Assembly: GCA_002269645.1 (NCBI GenBank)
Contig: NIVC01000803.1
Span: 289,156-353,155 of the forward strand
Origin: Macrostomum lignano
Taxonomy: Eukaryota
DNA: 64,000 nucleotides
Direction: 5' to 3'
The number at the start of each line of letters is the position of its first letter. The stretch's first letter is position 1. Both the position numbers and the translations under genes were made by a program. Positions 46,674 to 58,900 of this stretch are shown one piece after another. The notes below the pieces were generated by a model, which saw only the letters and a list, made by a program, of their open reading frames with translations, searched no databases and was not told the origin of the DNA.

Positions 46674-47868
46674 ATGGACAGCAAACCGGCATTGGGACGT
46701 GACTCGACTATGGCTGCGACTGCCAAGGTTAGTTTCGGTTGGGTTTCTACCTTTGATCAAAGTACAGGTTATTTCTTAAGTTTATAATCATGTCAGTCAT
46801 TTTTCATTTCTTGGGTTTACATAGCCTAATTGTGCTGGCAATCAAATAAGTAGCTTAAGTGTTGGTAAAGACAGTAAGTAAAACTAAAAAAATTAATAAA
46901 TAAAATCGCTATATAAAATTGTCATAAGGAACAGTGGACACAAATAAAATAGTTAAAGGAGACTCTAGGGAAGTAAGAGCTTATGTGGTTTAAAATATAA
47001 AGTTAAAACTGATATACAAGTATTACTATCCTTAACATAAAGAGTGCATATCGTGTTGCAATATATTTTTTAACTTAAGGCATAGCATCATTCTGTTTTT
47101 TTAGCTTATTAAGTAGCATTAATTATATTATTGTCAGTTTGATACTGAATATTTTGTTAATATTAATAAGAATAGTATTAACAATTATAATTTAATGCTA
47201 ATAATTTTACTAATAATAAAATTTTATTAATAATAATGACTTATTAAAAATGGTCAAATCATTTTCCTTTCTAGGTAGCCAAGCAAATCCTTGGGAAGGA
47301 GGCAAACAAGCTTGGCGACACCAGGGCTACTACAAACATAATCAAGAAGACCAAACTGAAACGCGCCTCTACTGTACAGAAGGTAGCTGATGAAGCCAAA
47401 GCTTTTCTTGGCCAGGTGAGCTATTATACAATTTCAATTTGAATTTTTAGTATCCTTTTTAGAAAAGTCAAAAACATATTTCAGACCAGGGCATTCCTAA
47501 TATTGTACATTGTCAACGCTAAAATGTCAAAAATAGTGCATCAGCACCAACCAACACAACTTCATGTAGCATTCCAGTCAAGCCCACTCCAGTCAAGCCC
47601 ACTGTTTAATGTACAATACATTCACAACACCAAGCAGCCTCGCTAGTGTACATTCTCAAAGCCAATCAATCCTACCCCCACTAATGTACATCCCTCCAAA
47701 CAAACCGACCCCCCTCTCCCCCAGGAGGTGTCGGTGAACGCCGGTCGGAAGCTGCGCACCCGCAAGCCTCGCCCGGCTGCCCCCGCCAAGCCGACGCCGA
47801 AACGAGCGGGCACCATGAAGACCACCGCTAAGGAGGGCAGGGCCTTCCTCAAGTCGGCCGCAAAGTGA
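46674..47868 (+). CDS. Small basic protein, 112 aa, with three copies of an R-x-[SG]-T-[MV]-x-x-[TV]-A-x-[EV]-[AG]-[KR]-x-[FI]-L motif
   Basis: Exons 46674(ATG)-46727, 47275-47415 and 47725-47868(TGA), all phase 0 with canonical sites (AAG|gttagt, tctag|GTA, CAG|gtgagc, cccag|GAG); 339 nt. Missed by the ORF track because the exons are short. Confidence 0.82.
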
Positions 47869-48705
47869 TGCCCTCTTGGTCGGCTACTCAGCTTCAAATG
47901 CTCTGTTGAGCAGAACAAAACTCATTTTGACAATATACGAGTAAAAACAAGTTAAGCGGGTATATTTCTTTTTCGCTTGCCCGAGCTTTGAGTAATTCAT
48001 CCTTATTGCTCCTTCATCTTCTTAGGCAGCAGCCATTTTTTCTCTCGAATAAAATTCACCATCTCGAATTTTTTTCAACGAATATCTCTCGATGTTATAA
48101 TTGTGCCTTGTTATTGTTGCATAAGCCTAATAAGCTACTTTGTTGCTAACTAGCTATATTACTTAAAAGTAGGAATTTTCTAAATTTAGTTTCTTTTCGA
48201 AATTGTTGTGTTTTTTTGTTTATTTTCATTCCTTTATGATTTTAAAAGCATGCTTCACTTTGAATTATAAAAACAAAAAAATCAATTGTTGTTGCGTGAT
48301 AGAATTATCAAATCTAGTTTTTTGTTGTTTCTTTGAAGTTTTTTGAAGCAAATCTTGTTGCTTTTCGTTTGATTATTTCTGCACTGAAGTTAATTGGAAA
48401 TCATTCTGGCAACATATTCTAACTGTGCTTTTTCTTGCAGCTTAACTAAGAAAGGACTTTTCATTAATATTTAATCTTTACACGCTTTGAAGTGACTTAG
48501 TTTGACAGAAAAACTTGGCACCTATTTATTACTTATAATAAATTTCAATTCATATTTACCACGCATCTTTAGACTCGTAAATCAATAAGTTAATTTACAA
48601 TTTATTAATTGCTTAGATTTTTTCCTTTAATGTAATTGAGGATGACGCTGTAATTTGAGAATGATGCCATGTGAGACAACTCGGAATGTCGCACAGCCCA
48701 TTTTT

Positions 48706-49430
48706 GTATCCTGTGAGGACGATGCTGTGTCAGACAGACCTCAGTCTGGTATCCTGTGAGGACGATGCTGTGTCAGACAGACCTCAGTCTGGTATCCTGT
48801 GAGGACGATGCTGTGTCAGACAGACCTCAGTCTGGTATCCTGTGAGGACGATGCTGTGTCAGACAGACCTCAGTCTGGTATCCTGTGAGGACGATGCTGT
48901 GTCAGACAGACCTCAGTCTGGTATCCTGTGAGGACGATGCTGTGTCAGACAGACCTCAGTCTGGTATCCTGTGAGGACGATGCTGTGTCAGACAGACCTC
49001 AGTCTGGTATCCTGTGAGGACGATGCTGTGTCAGACAGACCTCAGTCTGGTATCCTGTGAGGACGATGCTGTGTCAGACAGACCTCAGTCTGGTATCCTG
49101 TGAGGACGATGCTGTGTCAGACAGACCTCAGTCTGGTATCCTGTGAGGACGATGCTGTGTCAGACAGACCTCGGTCTGGTATCCTGTGAGGACGATGCTG
49201 TGTCAGACAGACCTCGGTCTGGTATCCTGTGAGGACGATGCTGTGTCAGACAGACCTCAGTCTGGTATCCTGTGAGGACGATGCTGTGTCAGACAGACCT
49301 CAGTCTGGTATCCTGTGAGGACGATGCTGTGTCAGACAGACCTCAGTCTGGTATCCTGTGAGGACGATGCTGTGTCAGACAGACCTCAGTCTGGTATCCT
49401 GTGAGGACGATGCTGTGTCAGACAGAACTC
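48706..49430. repeat. Minisatellite, 43-bp unit (TGGTATCCTGTGAGGACGATGCTGTGTCAGACAGACCTCAGTC), ~17 copies
   Basis: Near-identical tandem repeats with no spacers. Confidence 0.95.
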
Positions 49431-49929
49431 AGTTTGTGTCACAGTATTTTGTGCTCAAAACGTAGGCCTTTCTAAAGCAGCTGCTGCACACTCGTAGATG
49501 CCACTGTAGACGAAACAGCTTAAACCCCGATTAAAATACGCGAATTTCATATGAATGACTTCGTGTCACGCAGAAAGAAAACAAATTAAGAACAAATTTT
49601 AATCTCTAGCAAGTGACTCGCTTGATAATTTCAACAACTAAAATGATTTTTCTTGGCTAGTTTCCATGACTCAGTTCGATGCAAACAGCCACTGCTGCGA
49701 AGAACAGAAACCCCCACTTTGCATATCTTTCTTCTTTCTCAGCTATAGTCGCGATAAAATTAGCGAGCTTGGTGCAAGCAACTCTTCGTTGGCAAACGTA
49801 GGCCACAAAAAGTGTCCTTTTTGAACTCTTAAGTTTATAAAGTCCTGAGAGAAGGCTGAAAAACAATTTCAGGCAAAATAGTTTCTCAACACGCTCTCAA
49901 CAGTAAAGGTTTGTTTAGCAGTTTATTTG

Positions 49930-52900
49930 ATGTCGTCGAAGGGATTGATCTTTGGCCTGCTGCTCCAGCTGCTCCTTCTGTGCAGCAGCTGCTTCGGCGC
50001 AGGGCAGCAGCGGCAGACTCCTGAGCTGAACCAAGCAGCAATTCGAGCTGTCCTCGAAGCCGCCATGCGCTGTCAGAACCTGCCGCAGGTGCACACAGCC
50101 GTGGTACACGCAGGCATTCACCTTTACAGCTTCCGGCTGCAGCTGCACTCGAACGGTTCGGTGACTGACATCCCCGAGGACTCCGTGCTGCTGCCGCTGG
50201 CCTCAATCAGCAAGGGAATGTTCTCTACAGCGCTGCCCTTCGTTCAGAAACAGCTGCAGGCCGACAGGAACGATCCCAATTTTGAGTGAGTGTCGGCTTC
50301 ATGAACTAATTAAAAGTTAATTAAAATTTGGATTTTTCTCGACTACCTATTCTCTGACGCACCTACCGATAGCCAAGCTTCTCTCAGACACATCTACCGA
50401 TAGCCAAACTTATCTCAGACACATCTACCGATAGCCAAACTTATCTCAGACACATCTACCGATAGCCAAACTTATCTCAGACACATCTACCGATAGCCAA
50501 ACTTATCTCAGACACATCTACCGATAGCCAAACTTATCTCAGACACATCTACCGATAGCCAAACTTATCTCAGACACATCTACCGATAGCCAAACTTATC
50601 TCAGACACATCTACCGATAGCCAAACTTATCTCAGACACATCTACGATAGCCAAACTTATCTCAGACACATCTACCGATAGCCAAACTTATCTCAGACAC
50701 ATCTACCGATAGCCAAGCTTCGCTAAGACAAACCTACTGTAAATATAGACCGATTGTAATATTACTCAACTTTAAATAAACTTAAATGAGAGTAAAGTAT
50801 TCAAATCTATACATTCAATACTCCAAATTCGCAGTCTCCTGACAACCCCCATCAAGCAGCTGCTTGGTGACAGCGACTTCTGGTTCTTAGATCACGTGCG
50901 CACCGACGAGGTGACAATCGAGGACCTGACCAGCCACACAACGGGTCTAAGCAGGCACGACGCTCTGTCCCTCTGGTCCGGCATCAAGACAAAGGCGGAG
51001 CTCGCTGAACTCACCGGGCGGTTTAACGCTACGGGCACTTTCAGAGGCTCGTTCATCTACAATAACCTGGTGTGGACCATCGCGGATCTGACTGTTGAAC
51101 GCCTCACTGGCATGAATTTCACGGCCTATATGCGCAAGTTTCTGTGGCAACCGCTGGGCATGAACGGCGCGGTTGGCAGCTCTGAGGTGGACGCGCGCGG
51201 CCTGGTCGCCAAGCTGTTCCGGTCGTCGAAGCACTTCGGCTCAGGACCGGTGCCATTTGAACGCACCGATTTGGAGAGGTTGGAGTCGATATTTTTACAA
51301 CTTTCCGCTGTATTGTTGACAAACACGCTCAGAGGGGTTCATTATGTATAACCCTGCACTTGGAATTAGACTGCTGATGACCTTAATTGTGCGTTTCAAA
51401 CACCGTCTACCGAACAGTAGCAAGAAAAGAATGAAGTGAATCCCTCATAGTGTTTAAAAAAATCGCACTGATAATGAAGTAGAAATTTTAACGTGTATCC
51501 ACAAGGTTTGAAGACCAATTCACCCGGTCCATAATCTCGTTATGCACGTTACGTCACAGTTTTACTGGCTGTTCTGTTTTTCCTTTCAGAACCTTGGACA
51601 TTGTGGAGGCCGCAGGTGGCATCTACGCTCCACTAGGCGACATGGTGAAGTACATGCAGCACCACACCGCCGCAAACTATTCGAGTTTCCTGCCGCCGCC
51701 GCCGCCATTCAAGTCTGTCAACGGGTTCAATGCTGGACCAGCGTTCGATCCGCGGCTGCTGAACTACTCGAATGTCAGGCTGGCTGACCTGCCCGACATC
51801 GACACCGAGTCCTATGGGCACGGCTGGAGCCGCCAGTGGTACAGGGGTGAGCACTGAGGCACTGCTTTTACAGATTCCAGCAGAAACAATTTCAGATGGA
51901 TCCCTACAGTTCCCTTTCAGGTTCCTTTCAGGTTCCTTTCAGGTTCCTTTCAAATCCTTTCAAATCCTTTTAGATCCCTTCAGATTCCTTCAGATCCCTT
52001 CAGCTTCCTTTAGATTCTTTAGATCCCTTCAGATCCTTTCAGCTACCTTCAGCTCTCTTCAGTTCCCTTCAGCTCTCTTCAGCTCCCTTCAACTCCGTTC
52101 AGCTCCTTTCAACTTTCAGCTTTCAGCTTTCAGCTTTCAGCTTTCAGCTTTCAGCTTCCTTTAGCTCCCTTCAGATCCCTTCAAACCCCCTTCAGATCTC
52201 TTCGGATCCCTACAGATCCCTACAGCTTCCATCTCCCACCTGCACTGCAGACAGTCTGTCCTACGAGCACTCCGGCTCCGTGTTTGACGCCAACTGCCAC
52301 CTGCGGGTACTACCGAAGCGCCGCCTCTCTGTGTTCGCCCACACCAGCCTGGGCCGGTCCGACTCGCCCTCACAGTCCGCCTACGCCAACATTGTCAGCC
52401 AGTACATCACGGACCTGCTGTTGCAGAATTCCTCATATGTAACCCAGGAGAATGTGTGCTCGCTGCTCAGAGATAACTCTGCCGAACCGCCAATTGTTGT
52501 ACCGAGACGGTTGCTGAGCCAGGCTGATTTGCAGACCTGCGTTGGAAGGTGGGCTGTTAAATTTATTGGATCAGGTGTAGAATTGTTTAAAGCTTCTTGA
52601 GTTGACTTACAGGATTTGAAGCACCATGAATTGACCTACAGTATTTTGAGCATCATGAGTTGACTCACAGGACTTGAAGCATCATGAGCTGACTCACAGG
52701 ACTTGAAGCATCATGAGTTGACTCACAGGACTTGAAGCATCATGAGTTGACTTACAGGACTTGAAGCATCATGAGTTGACTTACAGGACTTGAAGCGTCA
52801 TGAGTTGACTCACAGGACTTGAAGCGTCATGAGTTGACTCACAGGACTTGAAGCATCATGAGTTGACTCACAGGACTTGAAGCATCATGAGTTGACTCAC

Positions 52901-55900
52901 AGGACTTGAAGCATCATGAGTTGACTTACAGGACTTGAAGCGTCATGAGTTGACTCACAGGACTTGAAGCATCATGAGTTGACTCACAGGACTTGAAGCA
53001 TCATGAGTTGACTTACAGGACTTGAAGCGTCATGAGTTGACTCACAGGACTTGAAGCATCATGAGTTGACTTACAGGACTTGAAGCGTCATGAGTTGACT
53101 CACAGGACTTGAAGCGTCATGAGTTGACTCACAGGACTTGAAGCATCGTGAGTTGACTCACAGGACTTGAAACATCATGAGTTGACTTACAGGACTTGAA
53201 GCATCATGAGTTGACTTACAGGACTTGAAGCGTCATGAGTTGACTCACAGGACTTGAAGCACCATGAGTTGACTTACAGGACTTGAAGCGTCATGAGTTG
53301 ATAAGTCTATAAACTTTCGAAACCATTTTGAGCTGAACGAATCGCTGTAGCTGGAAATTATCTTTGTCCAGTTTTTGCTTTAAAAACAGAAAAAATGTGA
53401 ATTTGTATTCTTCCAAGGTTTGCTTTCTCGGGAGGGGTGTAGCCCAGTGGTCTGGCGCGGCGCTCTGATGTACCAGCGGCCCAGGCTCGATTCCAAGTGC
53501 AAGTCACATTAATCTAAATATACTAAATCTCTAAGGTTTTCTTCTAAATATACTAAATCTCTAAGGTTTGTATGTTTGAATGCTTGTCCATAACGCTCTA
53601 GAGACTGCAATTCTCGACCGATTTTGATCGCGTTTTCGCCAAAAGATTCGTAATCAGCCTGGGATTGTATGGTTAAAATTTCTTGTATCTGCTTCAATGC
53701 TAAAGGGATTAAATATTCGAAAAACGGTTTTAAATGGGCAAATTCAATGTATTTTTTATCAAACTGCTCGCAGCGATAGAATTCACAGCCAATTTTAATG
53801 ATTGCGCCAGAGCCAACTGATCAGAAAACTCAGTGAGCCCCACTGCCCAGATAATTACTTTATTTAAATTGCGCAACCATACCAGGGGTCAAAAATAAAA
53901 TTACTCTGAATGCTGGGCATATTCTAAAACTCTAATCTATGTCCATGTAAAACGCTCTACAGACTGCAATTCTTGACCAATTTTGATCGCGTTTTCGCCA
54001 AAACATTCAAAATTGTCTGAAAAGAAGACAGTTAAAATTTCTTGTAGGTGCTTTAATGTTAAAGGTATTAAATATTCGAAAAACGAGCTTTTCGAATGCT
54101 TTTAATAAAAGGCCAAGCAAGGTTGAATTCTTGACTGGCTGAATTTTCATTCTAATTATAATTGCGCCACAACTGCGTTCTGCATATTCTCGCTATAAAC
54201 TGACTCTGAGCTTTTTAGGTGGACGCAGTGTGCCAAGAATTGCGCAAGCATTTAACTGCTCAGTGGCTGTGTGTGCATTCTTCTGACCCTGGCTGAATGG
54301 CTCCGTCAGAACCAAACCTGAGCACACTGAGCATGCCTAACACTGCTATGTATTTGACTGCAATGTCGAAGCATATATGGCTGATTTTTGCGCCCTTCCA
54401 TCAGTAGGCGGAATAGCCGCAGTGTAGGCACTAGGACTAGGTTTAGGCTAGGCGTAAGGTCCCAGGTTCGAGTCCACCTACTCGGTGGATGATTAAAACA
54501 AATTAATTCATTCATTTGTAGCTTGTGACTCGACTGAATATAACATATTTTTTATTAATTTTAATTCCAACATTTTTTTATTAATGCAAATTAATTTTTG
54601 CTACTTGGCACAAGCCACTTACCAAATTTGATTTAAAAAAACTGCTTCGTGTATTACTGATCCCATCAATGAGTACTGCCTAGCTCCATGAAAGTATGAA
54701 ATTGCTATTAAACTGCAGACTTTTCTGCTAAAATTGGTTATAAGTATTGCTAAATTTTGAGCTTTTTAAGAATGCCGATATGAATTGAAAATTGATTAGT
54801 GAGCCGTAAAATGCTGAGCACATTTTTATATTATTGGAGATGAGAACTGCAGATGCTGAGGGGAACACTGCAGATTGTCGAAGCTATCATTCATGCACAG
54901 TGGATACTTGCAGGCTGCTAAGAGTATGACTGCAGTCTGTTTGCGGGATTAGAAGTGATAGCTAATTTCAGGTTGTTGTGGAGATAACTGCCGATTTCTG
55001 GGGGGAGGTTAACTTCAAACTGCTGAAGTTACTAAACCTCTTGAATAGTATAAGGCTTTTAGTAGAAGGTCGGAAGCTCGAGTCTACATTGGAGCAGCGA
55101 ATTTATCTTTGTGACAATAATCATTGTTTTTTATGAGGATTCATGCCAATTTTTCACATTTTAATTTTGTAGATACTTTTGCTGGGGCTACGCTAAGCTT
55201 TAAGAGCAGCGCTAATCGGGGAGAGCAGTGCTAATCTGATGTACAAAATAAAATAATAAATATGTAAGGGGATTACAAATCAACTTTAACCTGCAAGTTG
55301 CAAAAACATTTCCAATTGTTTCGATTATCCAGAAGAAACATGGCCATAGGCAAATATTAGTGCTGTGCTGGTGAAGCATTGCTGAAATGGTGGTGAACCA
55401 TTGCTGAAATGCTGGTGAACCATTACTAAACTGCAGAAAGCTATTGTGAATTGTATTATTTTAATACAAACTTCTTTTAGAAAGAAGAAAATGCAACGCA
55501 AGAAAAAGCGAACAAGAATCATCATGTTAATCATAAAAGAAGCGCTCTGTCGAATGTAAAAGTCTCATAGGCAATTGTGAAGACTGTTAAGATCGCTAAG
55601 ACTATTGCTACGAGCACAATGCTGCTATGACAAATTGCTGTGATATCAAGACTCATGGGAGAATTTATAAGATCTCAAGACTCAAGGGGAATTGCTATAA
55701 TTACGAGTGTATGTCATTCTGGAGAGAATTTCTTTGATTTCAAGGTTCATTTGTCAAACTTCTGGGGTATCAAGGCTCATTAAAAATGCTTTGCTGTCAA
55801 GGCCTATACGCTCGTAGAGATAACTACTGGAATGCTGTGGCTGTTTTCGGAATTGCCGACATTGTTAGGGTAAGAGTAAGGCGTAAACCATAAATGAATT

Positions 55901-58900
55901 GGCCTTTCAAACGTAAGACTCATCGAGGAATGTCATAGCTCATGGGGGATATCTGAATTATACTGTGGCTCAAGGAGCTCATGGGGGATATCTGAATTGT
56001 ACTGTGGCTCAAGGAGCTCATGGGGGATATCTGAATTATACTGTGGCTCAAGGAGCTCATGGGGGATATCTGAATTATACTGTGGCTCAAGGAGCTCATG
56101 GGGGATATCTGAATTATACTGTGGCTCAAGGAGCTCATGGGGGATATCTGAATTATACTGTGGCTCAAGGAGCTCATGGGGGATATCTGAATTATACTGT
56201 GGCTCAAGGAGCTCATGGGGGATATCTGAATTATACTGTGGCTCAAGGAGCTCATGGGGGATATCTGAATTATACTGTGGCTCAAGGAGCTCATGGGGGA
56301 TATCTGAATTATACTGTGGCTCAAGGAGCTCATGGGGATATCTGAATTATACTGTGGCTCAAGGAGCTCATGGGGGATATCTGAATTATACTGTGGCTCA
56401 AGGAGCTCATGGGGGATATCTGAATTATACTGTGGCTCAAGGAGCTCATGGGGATATCTGAATTATACTGTGGCTCAAGGAGCTCATGGGGGATATCTGA
56501 ATTATACTGTGGCTCAAGGAGCTCATGGGGGATATCTGAATTATACTGTGGCTCAAGGAGCTCATGGGGGATATCTGAATTATACTGTGGCTCAAGGAGC
56601 TCATGGGGGATATCTGAATTATACTGTGGCTCAAGGAGCTCATGGGGGATATCTGAATTATACTGTGGCTCAAGGAGCTCATGGGGATATCTGAATTATA
56701 CTGTGGCTCAAGGAGCTCATGGGGGATATCTGAATTATACTGTGGCTCAAGGAGCTCATGGGGGATATCTGAATTATACTGTGGCTCAAGGAGCTCATGG
56801 GGGATATCTGAATTATACTGTGGCTCAAGGAGCTCATGGGGGATATCTGAATTATACTGTGGCTCAAGGAGCTCATGGGGGATATCTGAATTATACTGTG
56901 GCTCAAGGAGCTCATGGGGGATATCTGAATTATACTGTGGCTCAAGGAGCTCATGGGGGATATCTGAATTATACTGTGGCTCAAGGAGCTCATGGGGGAT
57001 ATCTGAATTATACTGTGGCTCAAGGAGCTCATGGGGGATATCTGAATTATACTGTGGCTCAAGGAGCTCATGGGGATATCTGAATTATACTGTGGCTCAA
57101 GGAGCTCATGGGGGATATCTGAATTATACTGTGGCTCAAGGAGCTCATGGGGGATATCTGAATTATACTGTGGCTCAAGGCTCAACAGGAATTGCTGTGA
57201 TCGCAATACATGTGAATGTGGCCAAAATTTATGGCTCAAATAGGAGTTTCTAAGATGTCAAAGCTTACGGTGGGATTCCTGTAATGCTTTAGGCTGTGAC
57301 TCTGCTGAGATGCTAAGATTCACAGGGAAATGACCGGGATTTCAAAGGCTTCTAAAGGAAATAGCTGAAATTCACTAAATGTCAAGGTTCATTAGGTAAT
57401 TGCTAAAATGCAAGTGCCAAAATATCAAAAGGATAGTCGCTCAATTTTCAGGCTCATGGGGAAATTGCTAACATTTCCAAAGCTCATTGGGGAATTGCTG
57501 AAATCCGGCTGCAGGTTAAGGGTTATGGTTTTGGTTCAGTTATAGAGCGATCGTCGTGTCAATCATTAATGATTCATCGAGGAATTGCTAAGATTAAATG
57601 CTTTTGGGGCGAATTACTTAAATGCTTTGGCTCTACGAGGAGTTGCTGACAGGTCAAGGCTTTCGGTAAAATTCAGGTTACAAAGCTTATAACTGAGGAG
57701 GTTACCTTAATGCTGAGACTCAAGGCTCATGGTGGAAATTGCTAACATGCCAAGACTTACTTCTGCGTTAGGGTTAGGGGCTTAGGTGAGTTTTGGTTCC
57801 ATCTTAGATTAACGGCTGTCAACCATCAATTAAAGACTTGCTAAGATATCAAAGCTCATGGGGGAATCGCTGAGTTACAAGGCTCATAAAGAAACTGCTG
57901 AATTATCAAGGCTTATAAGGGGATTGCTGAATTCTTGGGAGAGGAGAGTCGGGTTGTTGGGATGTCAAGGCATACTGCGCTGGAAGACTTGCGTAGATGT
58001 CGAGGCTTGAGTTTAATTGCTGCGATGTCGAGGCTTAATGAGGGAACTGCTGAGACACCAAGGCTTTCTGGAGGAATTCTGAGATTTCAAGGCTTACTGG
58101 GGGAATTGCTGAATGGTTGAGATGTCAAGGCTTACTGGGGGGATTGCTGAGATATCAAGGCTTACTGAGGGAATTGCTGATATGTCGAGGCTTACGAGGG
58201 GAATTGCTGAGGTGTCAAGGCTTACTGGGGGAATTGCTGAGATGTCAAGTCCTACTGGGAATGGCTAAGATTTCAATGCTTACTGGGGGAATTACTGAGA
58301 TGTCAAAGCTTACACTGGGAATTGCTGAGATCTCAGAGCATACTGAGGGAATTTCTGAGATGTCAAGGCTTACTGGGGGAATTACTGAGATGTCAAAGCT
58401 TACTGGGGAATTGCTGAGATCTCAGAGCTTACGGGGCTAATTGCTGAGATCTCAAGGCTTTACTGGGGCAGTTGCTGAGATTTTAAGGCTTACTGGGGGA
58501 ATTTCTGAGAGCTCAAGGCTTACTGGGGGAATTGCTGAGATCTCAGAGCTTACGGGGGAATTGCTGAGAAGTTAAGGCTTACTGGGGGAATGGCTGAGAT
58601 GTCAAGGCTCATGGACGATGGCTGAATTGTTGGAGGAGGGGGGTTAGTTTGTTAGGCGATTGTCAGATAGTCACGTTGTACAGCTCAAGTAGCTCATGTG
58701 TCATGTAATTTAATGAGTACACACAAGTGATGCTGATTTCTGCTAATAGGATATACCAGTGCATTCATTAAAGCTTTGATTCTTTGATTTAGGCTAATAT
58801 AGAGAGAGGGTCTAAGACCATCCAGGATTTGCATATTGAGCTCCTTCCAGTGACGATATTCAGTAATAGTTTGTGCTTGAAAGGATAAGCACTATTTGCT

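Noticed and set aside
48706-49430. Regular 29-43-bp repeat arrays as CRISPR arrays (also 52612-53301, 55938-57180, 63584-64000)
   Set aside because: Units are contiguous with no unique spacers, there are no cas genes, and the context is spliceosomal eukaryotic DNA.
49930-52548. Recent bacterial horizontal transfer or contamination for the beta-lactamase-like gene
   Set aside because: The gene has four spliceosomal introns and host-like codon usage, and invertebrate homologues of this type are known. Any transfer would be ancient and needs a phylogeny.
55920-57253. Long repetitive ORFs on both strands (also 1162-1674, 2192-2443, 10380-10761, 58117-58440)
   Set aside because: They are stop-free by-products of tandem repeats, open in several frames, lie in introns or transposons, and lack splice or start context.
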